Below, piece by piece: positions 52,647-61,199 of a stretch of 64,000 nt of DNA. The stretch comes from Bigelowiella natans CCMP2755. Its lineage: Eukaryota; Protista; Cercozoa. The notes under the pieces were generated by a model, which searched no databases, was not told the origin of the DNA, and saw only the letters and a program-made list of their open reading frames with translations. The position numbers and the translations under genes were made by a program. The stretch's first letter is position 1. The number at the start of each line of letters is the position of its first letter. The stretch spans positions 62,001 through 126,000 of the forward strand of contig ADNK01000150.1 of assembly GCA_000320545.1 (NCBI GenBank), in the 5' to 3' direction.

Positions 52647-53394
52647 ACTCTCATCCTTGTACTAAATATATTGAAGAGTCCCCACGCTCATACACAATCG
52701 TCGTTGTCGTTGTCATCGTCGCCCTCTTCACCTACAGGTATTGCTCTGCAGTGCTGCAGTGTTCCAAATCCTAGCGTCCGTGCCCCTTCCATGGGTGGAT
52801 TATCCAGCCGTGCACTACCACTCGGGTGGGAAGACTAGAGACTTCAATCTACGCTACCTTGGCCTAATGGCCCTGACAGTGCAATACATCGTGTTCGCCG
52901 TCGCATTCGTGATTGACCATTATGCAGTGCGGATGATGCGAATCAGGGAGTCGATCCACCCTCTTCGGAATCTGGCGCACTGGTTGCTGGCGCCGTGGGT
53001 GTTGATGGCATACTCTATCGTGGCCTTCACCTCCATTCTCAAATTCGTGTGCGTGGGAAAGAAGCTCGCCCGGCACGACATGGCGGAGAAAACCGGTCTT
53101 CTAGCTGAGAAGCTGCTGCCCACAAACGAGGGGAAATTGAGTGATATTCAGGATGGGGATAATGATCGAAAGATGAGTGAGAAGATGGACAATCATCCCG
53201 CAATCACTGAGGGAAGCAAAGGCGTTGACGCTGGTGGTGATGATAGTTACAAATATAGAACACTCGACGATAAGGCAGCTGGTCGAGTGCACGATGAGGA
53301 GTTAGGGGAGTATGCTGCTAACGATGGTGATTCTGGTAGTATGCGAGTACGTTTCGGTGGATACTACGAGCGGGTAGCCTTTTCATGGATGTAA
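49742..53394 (+). CDS. GT2-like membrane glycosyltransferase with D,D,D,QxxRW motifs (processive synthase-like)
   Basis: VIIPIYTE, GACSNKNYGLR, TTTDTDS (DxD), WQPPLFYNW, GVDDII, and EWSRQVR|RWIVGA (QxxRW across an intron). Multiple TM helices at both ends. Confidence 0.75.
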
Positions 53395-53419
53395 AAAATG
53401 AATCATAGGTTGTTTTATG

Positions 53420-54100
53420 CAAGAATCAAGTGCTGTTTAACTATGCTTTGATGGTGAACACAATCGATCAACGAATGATGAAGTCGTACGTGGCACATCG
53501 GTACTAGGCAACACAGTGGCACAAATGATCATTTAGATTTTCACTTGTAGAGGTCAACATGCTCAACAAAATCGTCAAGTCGTATTCTTACACACATGCA
53601 TGACTTGATCAGATGAGCAGATCAATGATGAAGTCTACAAATCATGCAGACTAAACAACGCCTACACCACTAGCTAGCTAGCTAGCTAGACCAGTACGAG
53701 CAAGAAGACTTGAACAGCTCAAAGGGCATGCCATGCCCACCTAGCTAGCTATCTAGCTATGTGTGCGCATGGATACACACTGCTAGACTGTCGACCGGGA
53801 CAGCCGACGGCAAAGAAAGCTAGCAACTTCTTGTAATGTCGTACGAATGTGCGTGACACCACGATTGAAGTGCATGCATGTCTTGCAATTAAATGAATTC
53901 ACATCAATCCTTACGTAGCGTATTATAAGCAGATCTAGCGATGTGTGCCCTGCAATGAGCCACACAATAGAAATATATATGACATGAACGTTGTGCCTAT
54001 ATGCCTATATACATCTTAGCTTGGGCTACTCTACTAGTCTAGCACTGATCTGGTGGATAAATCGTCAATATCATTGAATCCAAATGCTGCATGATTAATT
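53420..54100. other. CTAG/CATG-rich spacer island (convergent GT2 / SnoaL-DLH)
   Basis: ctagctagctagctagctag at about 53670, cctagctagctatctagct at about 53740. Confidence 0.65.
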
Positions 54101-54129
54101 GTTTCGAATTTTAGCTACAATATGTGACT

Positions 54130-55401
54130 CTATTGTTTCATATGCTTTTCCAAGAATGCATAGGAGGAATCCATTGCTTTCGTGACACATGTCAATATTT
54201 CCTTGTCGGAAACATCGCCTTGAGACACAAAACCATGGTTCATAGATGGAAATGGAATATACTCAGACCCAAGGGAATTCTTTTTCATAATCTCGTGAGA
54301 AGCTCCGTTTTCTTGAAGGGACGCATGATCTCCTTTACATGGGGCCATAAGCATAGGATTAAGTAGCTTCTCAGCAAGATCTTCAATTTTTCTTCCCTGG
54401 AGAATCTCAATATTCACGCTCGGATGGAAGTTTACGCCACAAGAAAATTTTTTATTATTACGGGCAGATTCGTGCCAAATTGCCCAGGTGCCCCAGCAGA
54501 AACCAACCATTCCGATTTTAGCTGCAGGGTATTTTTCGAGGTGCGACCAAACAGCATCCATATCTGGCTGCCATTTCTCAGGAGTCCAATACTTGAGGAA
54601 CTCCATTTTTTTTTCTGGTTCCTTCGGGAAATAGCTTCCATGGAAGAAATCGGGCATGATTACATAGTATCCCTTTCCTGCAAGTTCATCGCATACTCCC
54701 TTGTGCCTTCCAGATTGAAACCCGAACACATCCGGTACAACGATCACAGCTCCTTTCTCACCTGTGCCTACATCGTAATAGTTCAGCTTTCCCAACTTTC
54801 CTTCTTTCCCCTTGGCTTTGTAGTCGCTCGGTGGCAAAAGTGCACACCGATTCGGAGGGCAGCAGCTTGGGGTTGTGACTACATGAATGTTTTGGCGGAG
54901 AATCTTGAAGTCCGGAGTAAAGAAGAAGGAGTCGGTCACTAGGAAAATTCAAATTAGTTAGGATACATAAATTCCTTTTTCATTTCACCATATCCACGGC
55001 AGTATTAACGGCAATATTAGCAACACAGCCAAATAACCTGCTTCATAGCCCATCCCCTTGCAGCTCCAACAAAGGAAGACCATACGGCTCTTCTCGTCAA
55101 CATCGTTGACAGGCGCTTTCAGAGTAGAATAATCCTTCAACACACCCCAGAGCTGAGTTGGGTAAACATCACAACGTTATGTTCGTATGTTTTCCCGCGG
55201 GCGCATAATGACCTCTTCGAAGAATTTCTTTGCGCCTTCGGCACCTTTAAAGACTTCCTTATTTTGAGTTGTTGCGTTAAAGACCGAGATGACTGATTCG
55301 TCGGTGTAGTCAAGAAGGATCTTCTCCATAGATTTCGCTCCGAATGCCCCGAAGTGGTTGTCCCAGGCTTCTTGAACGGATTTGGGAGCATACCTGGCCA
55401 T
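54130..55401 (-). CDS. SnoaL/NTF2-like domain fused to dienelactone hydrolase, 3 exons
   Basis: Exons 55401-55213 (phase 0), 55152-55038 (phase 1) and 54938-54130 join in frame. N-domain: AWDNHFGAFG..ILLDYTDES..VFLCW..TDSFFF..KILRQN. DLH: PDVFG, PDFFHG, GFCWG (nucleophile Cys), HGF. Confidence 0.85.
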
Positions 55402-55756
55402 GACGATGGATGCGTGCGTGTCTCCTCGAGATATGTACGTGGATGGAGATACCTGAGACGGATACCCTTTTTCGGGCATCAGCGGAGACTTTCATGGATT
55501 TATGCATGAAGATGCATGTCGCATATGACCCATCCCCATGCATTTTATCAGCTCATGACTCGTTGTCTAATTCTTGAGAAAAACGAGCTTCACATTGATG
55601 TCGCATCTCTGAAACTTCCTACAAACCAGAGTTTACACAAATTTGGAGGGAAACTGTACCTCCCCCCCGAGATTGGAGCTCAGTGCAAAAGTGTCCCTGA
55701 CGAGATAGGCTATATATTTTCGCAAAGAACCCGATCACGAAAATAAATTTTATCAC

Positions 55757-58069
55757 ATGCCACGATTGGCAAACGTTGCGAACTGTATATTGCCCTCAGT
55801 GGATGCCCATGAAGGATCCAAAAAAGGCGTGAGGAGGAGGAGGATCCGGAGGTCGTACTCAGCAGCGACGTGGAATGAACGAAGAAAAGATATGAAAATG
55901 AATGTTGACATGGGAGATCCTTTCGAGTTTGCAGAAGATGGTGCTATGGAGCAGAGTATCGAATGCAGCAAAGAAGGCAATGGTTATGTTTCAAATAGAC
56001 TCCAAAGAAAAAGTGTGAGTTGTACGTCACAATTGACAAATACTCAAGGAGAATTTACTGTTCCACCTGCACCTGAGAGAAGTGATTCTTCGATAGTACC
56101 AACTACTGGCAGAAAAGATCAAGTAACACCATTACAGGAGCTTTCAAACCCAGAGCAATTGGCTCATCTGTCAAAACTGCATTCTGCGACTGGTAAGAAT
56201 GGCCAAGACAGCGTTTTTCCTTTACATAATCCATCGGAGTCCCCCAGTAAGAACATCACTCACAGATCTGATAATAAGACTATCTTCACAGAAGTTCCGA
56301 CTCCAATTTCAAAGAGAGAAGGGCATTCACAGAACAACTTGGATTTTATTCATTGTCTAGTAGAGCTTCCCGATACTTGTCGGAAATCTTCTGAACTAAA
56401 TCAAAAGGCCCCGCAAATTATTCTGCAAGAATCTAAAGCAGCTGGTTCAATTCCACAGAAAAATAGAGTTACGCAAACAGAATCAAATAATCTAGAATCC
56501 ATTCAGTCTTCTCGGACTCATACTCACAACACGGTTGAAGGGCGTTCATGTGAAACCACAGCAACAAAAATCGTTCCAGAGCCATCGGTAATTCTTAAGA
56601 GTACACCGTCAGATGATATTATTCCTACGTTGGTGAAGCAAACCAATTTTAAAGAAAATAATCCCTTAGTTGCTCAAAAGTATTCAACCCTCCAGGTGTC
56701 CGAACAGAAGGAGAAAACATTAGATAGGAAAGACGACCTTCAGAAAACCTTTAAATGTGTTCACTGTAGTCGACAATTCAAAAGAAGCTGTCACTTGGCC
56801 AGGCATAATTGTGCTTCCAGGACACTGGAAATTAGGACCCCAGTCAAAGATTTAGAGTGCGATCTTTGTGGTCGTAAATTTGGGAGATCTTGCCATGTAG
56901 CCAAGCATCGTCGAAGTTGCGAGAAACAAGTAAATATTGATGCTGTTCTGAGTGATATTCAGGATAATGACGATAATACCGACAAAAGGACAGAATTTAC
57001 GTGTGATATATGTCAACGCCGGTTCAGTAGGCGATGCCACTTGGTGAACCATCACCGAACTCACAAGAGAGAGGAAGACTTGTCAGCTCATAAAATAGAG
57101 GAATCGACAAATATCAATACTGCTCTGAGCGACATGCAGGATAATGACGATAATACCGACAAAAAGACAGAATTCACGTGTGATATATGTCAACGCCGGT
57201 TCAGTAGGCGATGCCACTTGGTGAACCACCACCGAACTCACAAGAGACAGGAAGACTTGGCAGGTCACAAAATGGAGGAATCGACAAATATCAATGCTGC
57301 TCTGAGCGACATGCAGGATAATGACGATAACACCGACAAAAAGACAGAATTCACGTGTGATATATGTCAACGCCGGTTCAGCAGGCGATGCCACTTGGTG
57401 AACCACCACCGAACTCACAAGAGAGAGGAAGACTTGTTAGCTCATAAAATAGAGGAATCGACAAATATCAATGCTGCTCTGAGCGACATGCAGGATAATG
57501 ACGATAATACCGACAAAACTGAGAAGACAGAATTCACGTGTGATATATGTCAACGCCGGTTCAGCAGGCGATGCCACTTGGTGAACCACCACCGAACTCA
57601 CAAGAGAGAGGAAGACTTGTTAGCTCATAAAATAGAGGAATCGACAAATATCAATGCTGCTCTGAGCGACATGCAGGATAATGACGATAATACCGACAAA
57701 ACTGAGAAGACAGAATTCACGTGTGATATATGTCAACGCCGGTTCAGTAGGCGATGCCACTTGGTGAACCACCACCGAACTCATAAGAGACAAGAAGTCC
57801 TATCCTCAAACAATGAGGAACTGCAGTGTAAATTACTAGAGACGAAGTGGGATCACCGCCACCGCAAATTTGGAAGGCCTAGTCACTTAGTGAAGAACAG
57901 AGTAGCAAATTCATTGACAATCCTAGCCAAAGACTACTATTGCCACCTATGTCAACGCAAGTTCTCAAGACCTTCCCACTTGGGAAATCACCTTCGCTCC
58001 CACAAGAAGCGAAGGTCTCATAGATTAGTCAGATTTGGCAAACGCTACAAACTGGTGTTGCAGAAATGA
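55757..58069 (+). CDS. Intronless C2H2/C2HC zinc-finger protein with internally duplicated finger-plus-linker units
   Basis: 770-aa ORF with five FTCDICQRRFSRRCHLVNHHRTH fingers, two C2HC fingers upstream and YYCHLCQRKFSRPSHLGNHLRSH downstream. Confidence 0.85.
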   Translation: MPRLANVANCILPSVDAHEGSKKGVRRRRIRRSYSAATWNERRKDMKMNVDMGDPFEFAEDGAMEQSIECSKEGNGYVSNRLQRKSVSCTSQLTNTQGEFTVPPAPERSDSSIVPTTGRKDQVTPLQELSNPEQLAHLSKLHSATGKNGQDSVFPLHNPSESPSKNITHRSDNKTIFTEVPTPISKREGHSQNNLDFIHCLVELPDTCRKSSELNQKAPQIILQESKAAGSIPQKNRVTQTESNNLESIQSSRTHTHNTVEGRSCETTATKIVPEPSVILKSTPSDDIIPTLVKQTNFKENNPLVAQKYSTLQVSEQKEKTLDRKDDLQKTFKCVHCSRQFKRSCHLARHNCASRTLEIRTPVKDLECDLCGRKFGRSCHVAKHRRSCEKQVNIDAVLSDIQDNDDNTDKRTEFTCDICQRRFSRRCHLVNHHRTHKREEDLSAHKIEESTNINTALSDMQDNDDNTDKKTEFTCDICQRRFSRRCHLVNHHRTHKRQEDLAGHKMEESTNINAALSDMQDNDDNTDKKTEFTCDICQRRFSRRCHLVNHHRTHKREEDLLAHKIEESTNINAALSDMQDNDDNTDKTEKTEFTCDICQRRFSRRCHLVNHHRTHKREEDLLAHKIEESTNINAALSDMQDNDDNTDKTEKTEFTCDICQRRFSRRCHLVNHHRTHKRQEVLSSNNEELQCKLLETKWDHRHRKFGRPSHLVKNRVANSLTILAKDYYCHLCQRKFSRPSHLGNHLRSHKKRRSHRLVRFGKRYKLVLQK
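56935..57790 (+). repeat. Coding tandem repeat, 5 units of 177-183 bp
   Basis: The unit anchor GAATT(T/C)ACGTGTGATATATG occurs at 56993, 57170, 57347, 57530 and 57713 (spacing 177, 177, 183, 183). Confidence 0.95.
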
Positions 58070-58399
58070 GAATGAAGATAAACTCGTTAGACGACAAGTG
58101 TCGCAAGGATCTACCGTATCTCTTAAGGATCACGGAAGCTGTTTGAATCTGCGTAATTTGACAACTTTTTGCAATACTGAAAACGAGGCGCCCGAGAAGA
58201 GCAATCGAGCGTGCGACGTTAACTGCGAATCGTATATATGAAATCTAGTTGAGGAATGCGCACTTATGCAGCATCGACAGTCTAAAAAATGAATAAGCTT
58301 AAACGGGTTCGTGTCATTGAACATATTACAAAGCTGGAAAAATGTTGAACACGTTTTTAGAATTGATAATGTTTGAATATAAGAGCTGCTCGCCAATTG

Positions 58400-59350
58400 A
58401 TACTTCATTTAATGTATGAAATTGTGAAGTAGCGCAACGAAAAGAACGCCATCTCATAAGCATAGGGTACTGTCGAGCAATTGCTTGCTTGCATCCAAAG
58501 CTTCAAGTAACTATACATGTGTCGACGAAGATCAAATTTACCAGCTAAGTCGAACCACATAACCACTCAGCACTGCTACGATAACGACCGGCACAGTCAT
58601 GTGCTTGATCTCCATGCTACATGTGCTACCTATAGCAGAAAACTAGCCCATACTAGCATAGAGTTTTGCGTTTATTAGCACTATACTAATAATTGTGTAG
58701 CGACTCAGGCTCACCTCCTCTTTGTCTGAACATTGCATTGTTATGTGATCTCTTGGTTGTATAGTTGGCGCGGACATGTCTAGATGTGTGCTCGAAGCAC
58801 ACATGATCACCGAGTAGGGATGTACGTGACGTGCATGAGCGTCCGAATTCCCCACAAGCTATAGCACATGCACACATTATCAGCTAGCGCGACTCACGTC
58901 GTCGTTGCTGCTGCTCGCGCACTATTGTCAACGCGCTGAAGCGCTAGCTAGCTAGATGGTGTGCGGAGCATGTAGCGCATGACTCTATAGGACTTGCTAG
59001 CTTGGCCTATGCACTCGATCTAGCAATGCACAAAAGGACACACACGCAGCAGCTTCAATGAATAAAGCTTTTTAGATGCATAGCAGTGAAACGTATGCCC
59101 TATGCTAGCTATGGTCGATGCAATCGAATTGTTGCTTGAAATCATAACGAGCACCGAGCTCTTATCAATAGCATAATAAAATGACGTTTAACCGAATCGA
59201 AAGGATGATGAGTGTTTATCATATTGTCTGCTACGCTTGTGGCCAATAGTGACCGCTACATCTTTTGCAGTTCCGCGTCTATGCATGCATGCAGGTATCT
59301 ATAAATAGATATAATGCTTGTGACATCTGGGAAGTTCATGCGTAACGTGT
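58400..59350. other. CTAG/CATG-rich spacer island (convergent ZnF / hypothetical)
   Basis: catgtctagatg at 58775, gctagctagctagatg at about 58943. Confidence 0.65.
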
Positions 59351-59417
59351 TGGGAATGATGGGCGAGTGCAATTTGGCTTTGCAATTTCCACTTCAGAAA
59401 ATGCTTGTCATTTATTT

Positions 59418-60528
59418 TTACAAAGTATGAGGTTCTTTCTTTACAATAAAGCTATCTTCGAAAGCAATGGATCTACAGACAGATTTGCGCTTCCGTGATT
59501 GTTTTTGTTTCTCAGCTCTGCGATTGTTCCGACGGACAACCGACATAAATCTCTTACTCCACTGTACATCAGCATCATCTGCGTCCAAGTCGATATCATC
59601 TAAAATAATGCAAGATTTCATTCAGAAAGGACCACGACATCACAACTAAACAGCCTTTTTGGTAAAAGTGTCCTTGGACTACCTTCTCTCTGCTCGTCAG
59701 CAGCCGGTTGAATTAAAACCCTCTCCTCCGGAATTTGAGAAAGTAGAGTAGCATTTGGAGACTCATCTAGGTGAGAACGAAAAACGTACTTCACAGTGCT
59801 TTGGCAGTGATTTTCTATGGATGGGTTGATGGAAGTGGATTTCTGGGAAGATGGAAGTTGCATTTCAGCTTGATCGTGCTGAAAAAATAGACATCACTTG
59901 TTACTCTTGCTCATATAAAATGTAGAAGAAATTTTACCTCGCCGATAGCCTTCAATTCGTGCGATAATTTAATCATGTTTGATCTTGGGCGCATGGGCGA
60001 TGCGATAAATCCCGCTGGCGTGCTACTGTGATTGAAGTTCAGTGGAAACATACGCTCGGGACTGTCAGTGCAGAGCAACTGGTCGCCATCTTCTTGCTCA
60101 TTGTCCTCATTGAAGTCCCCATCCCCCATTGAAACTGAGTTTTCAATCACGGGCAAGCCTGCTTGCAGCTCTCTGAGCGGAACGCTGCGACTAGTCCGCC
60201 GTTTCTTTGCTGTAGGTGATTTGATGGGAGACTTCAGATTGAGAAAGCCAAGCCCAAATATGTGGCTGTTGCAACTAGCTGGGGTCAGCATAAGGTTTTC
60301 CTTCGCCATGTGTATGGATTCACGAGCGGGACTGATGGGTAAAGTTTGGTCCATTGTGAAAGAGCGGTGTATGAAAGGTGGGAATTCAAATGGATGTCCA
60401 ATGAAGCAGGAAGGGGAGTAAGATATGAGATGTAACAATGTCGAGGAAAACAATGAGAACCTTAATAGATCATTACATTTCTTCAAATATTTTTGTGAAG
60501 AGCCATGTCGTAGGATCCTATTTCTCAA
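59418..60528 (-). CDS. Hypothetical SP/TP-rich disordered protein; probably 3 exons, start uncertain
   Basis: ORFs 59911-60528, 59618-59863 and 59418-59621 lie on the same strand and have protein-like composition (LKSPIKSPTAKKRR, ASPMRP). No family was recognised. Confidence 0.4.
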
Positions 60529-60823
60529 TTAAATTGTTGCCAAATTTGTGGCAAGCGATCTGGATGTCAGTCGGAGGGCGGGTTTGGAAATAGCTTCCCG
60601 CGAATTACATCTGCGGAAGTGAGAACATAGCCGATTTTTCGGGAAATCCCATCAAAAATGCCATGTTATTAATCCTGTGCGACAAGCACAATGTCGTCAT
60701 GTGTTTGGCGGGTTCAAATGTTTGACAGGTTTGATGGCCTGAAGGCATCATTCACTCTCGCAACACTTCGGGAACGTTGTTTGTCATCATTGTCTTTGTC
60801 TTTGTCTTTTGGTTGCTCTTCAT

Positions 60824-61148
60824 TGTTGCGCGTAAGGTGTTCACAGGCCGAGGCGCTACGTGCACAAGTAGGCAGGGGGGGGGAAGGCACGTTTGCTTCC
60901 TTTTGAAGAGTTATGTTTATTTTTATTAAAGATTATATTTTTATTAAATCGTGCACTGCGCAATCATTCGCGAAGCTTTCGCGAATGCCGCCGCACGTGG
61001 GGCAGCACACTTCCGGTGTGCTGCCATGAGTCCCGCCGGAACCCACGTGCCTATACTGTATTAATATCTACGTTATCTATATTCTATATCCGCGACAACC
61101 CCTTTGTTGTCGCACGTGACTTGTGCTCGCGTAGTAGTACGCGCTACA
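60824..61148 (-). repeat. Candidate 3' LTR, about 325 bp
   Basis: It begins TGTAGCGCGTA directly after the PPT on the minus strand. The other end reads TGTTGCGCGTA on the plus strand (10/11 inverted match). AATAAA signals occur on the minus strand near 60916-60943. The second LTR is not in the window. Confidence 0.7.
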
Positions 61149-61156
61149 CCTCCCCC
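61149..61156 (-). other. Polypurine tract (GGGGGAGG) abutting the LTR
   Basis: The plus strand reads cctccccc at 61149-61156. A second purine run lies at about 61168-61192. Confidence 0.75.
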
Positions 61157-61199
61157 AAGTCACGTTGCTCCTTCCTTCCTTCCTTATTCCCTTAGACCT

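Noticed and set aside
55177-55479. Stand-alone SnoaL-like gene separate from the hydrolase
   Set aside because: Intron phases join it in frame to the DLH exon
56935-57790. Possible CRISPR-like or satellite array
   Set aside because: The units are in-frame coding duplications with no unique spacers, in a eukaryotic context
58772-58781. p53-like half-site GGACATGTCT
   Set aside because: Expected by chance in CATG-rich DNA, and there is no evidence for a p53 family here
1260-59350. Islands as interstitial telomere repeats (TTAGGG or TCTAGGG)
   Set aside because: No tandem arrays of either unit are present
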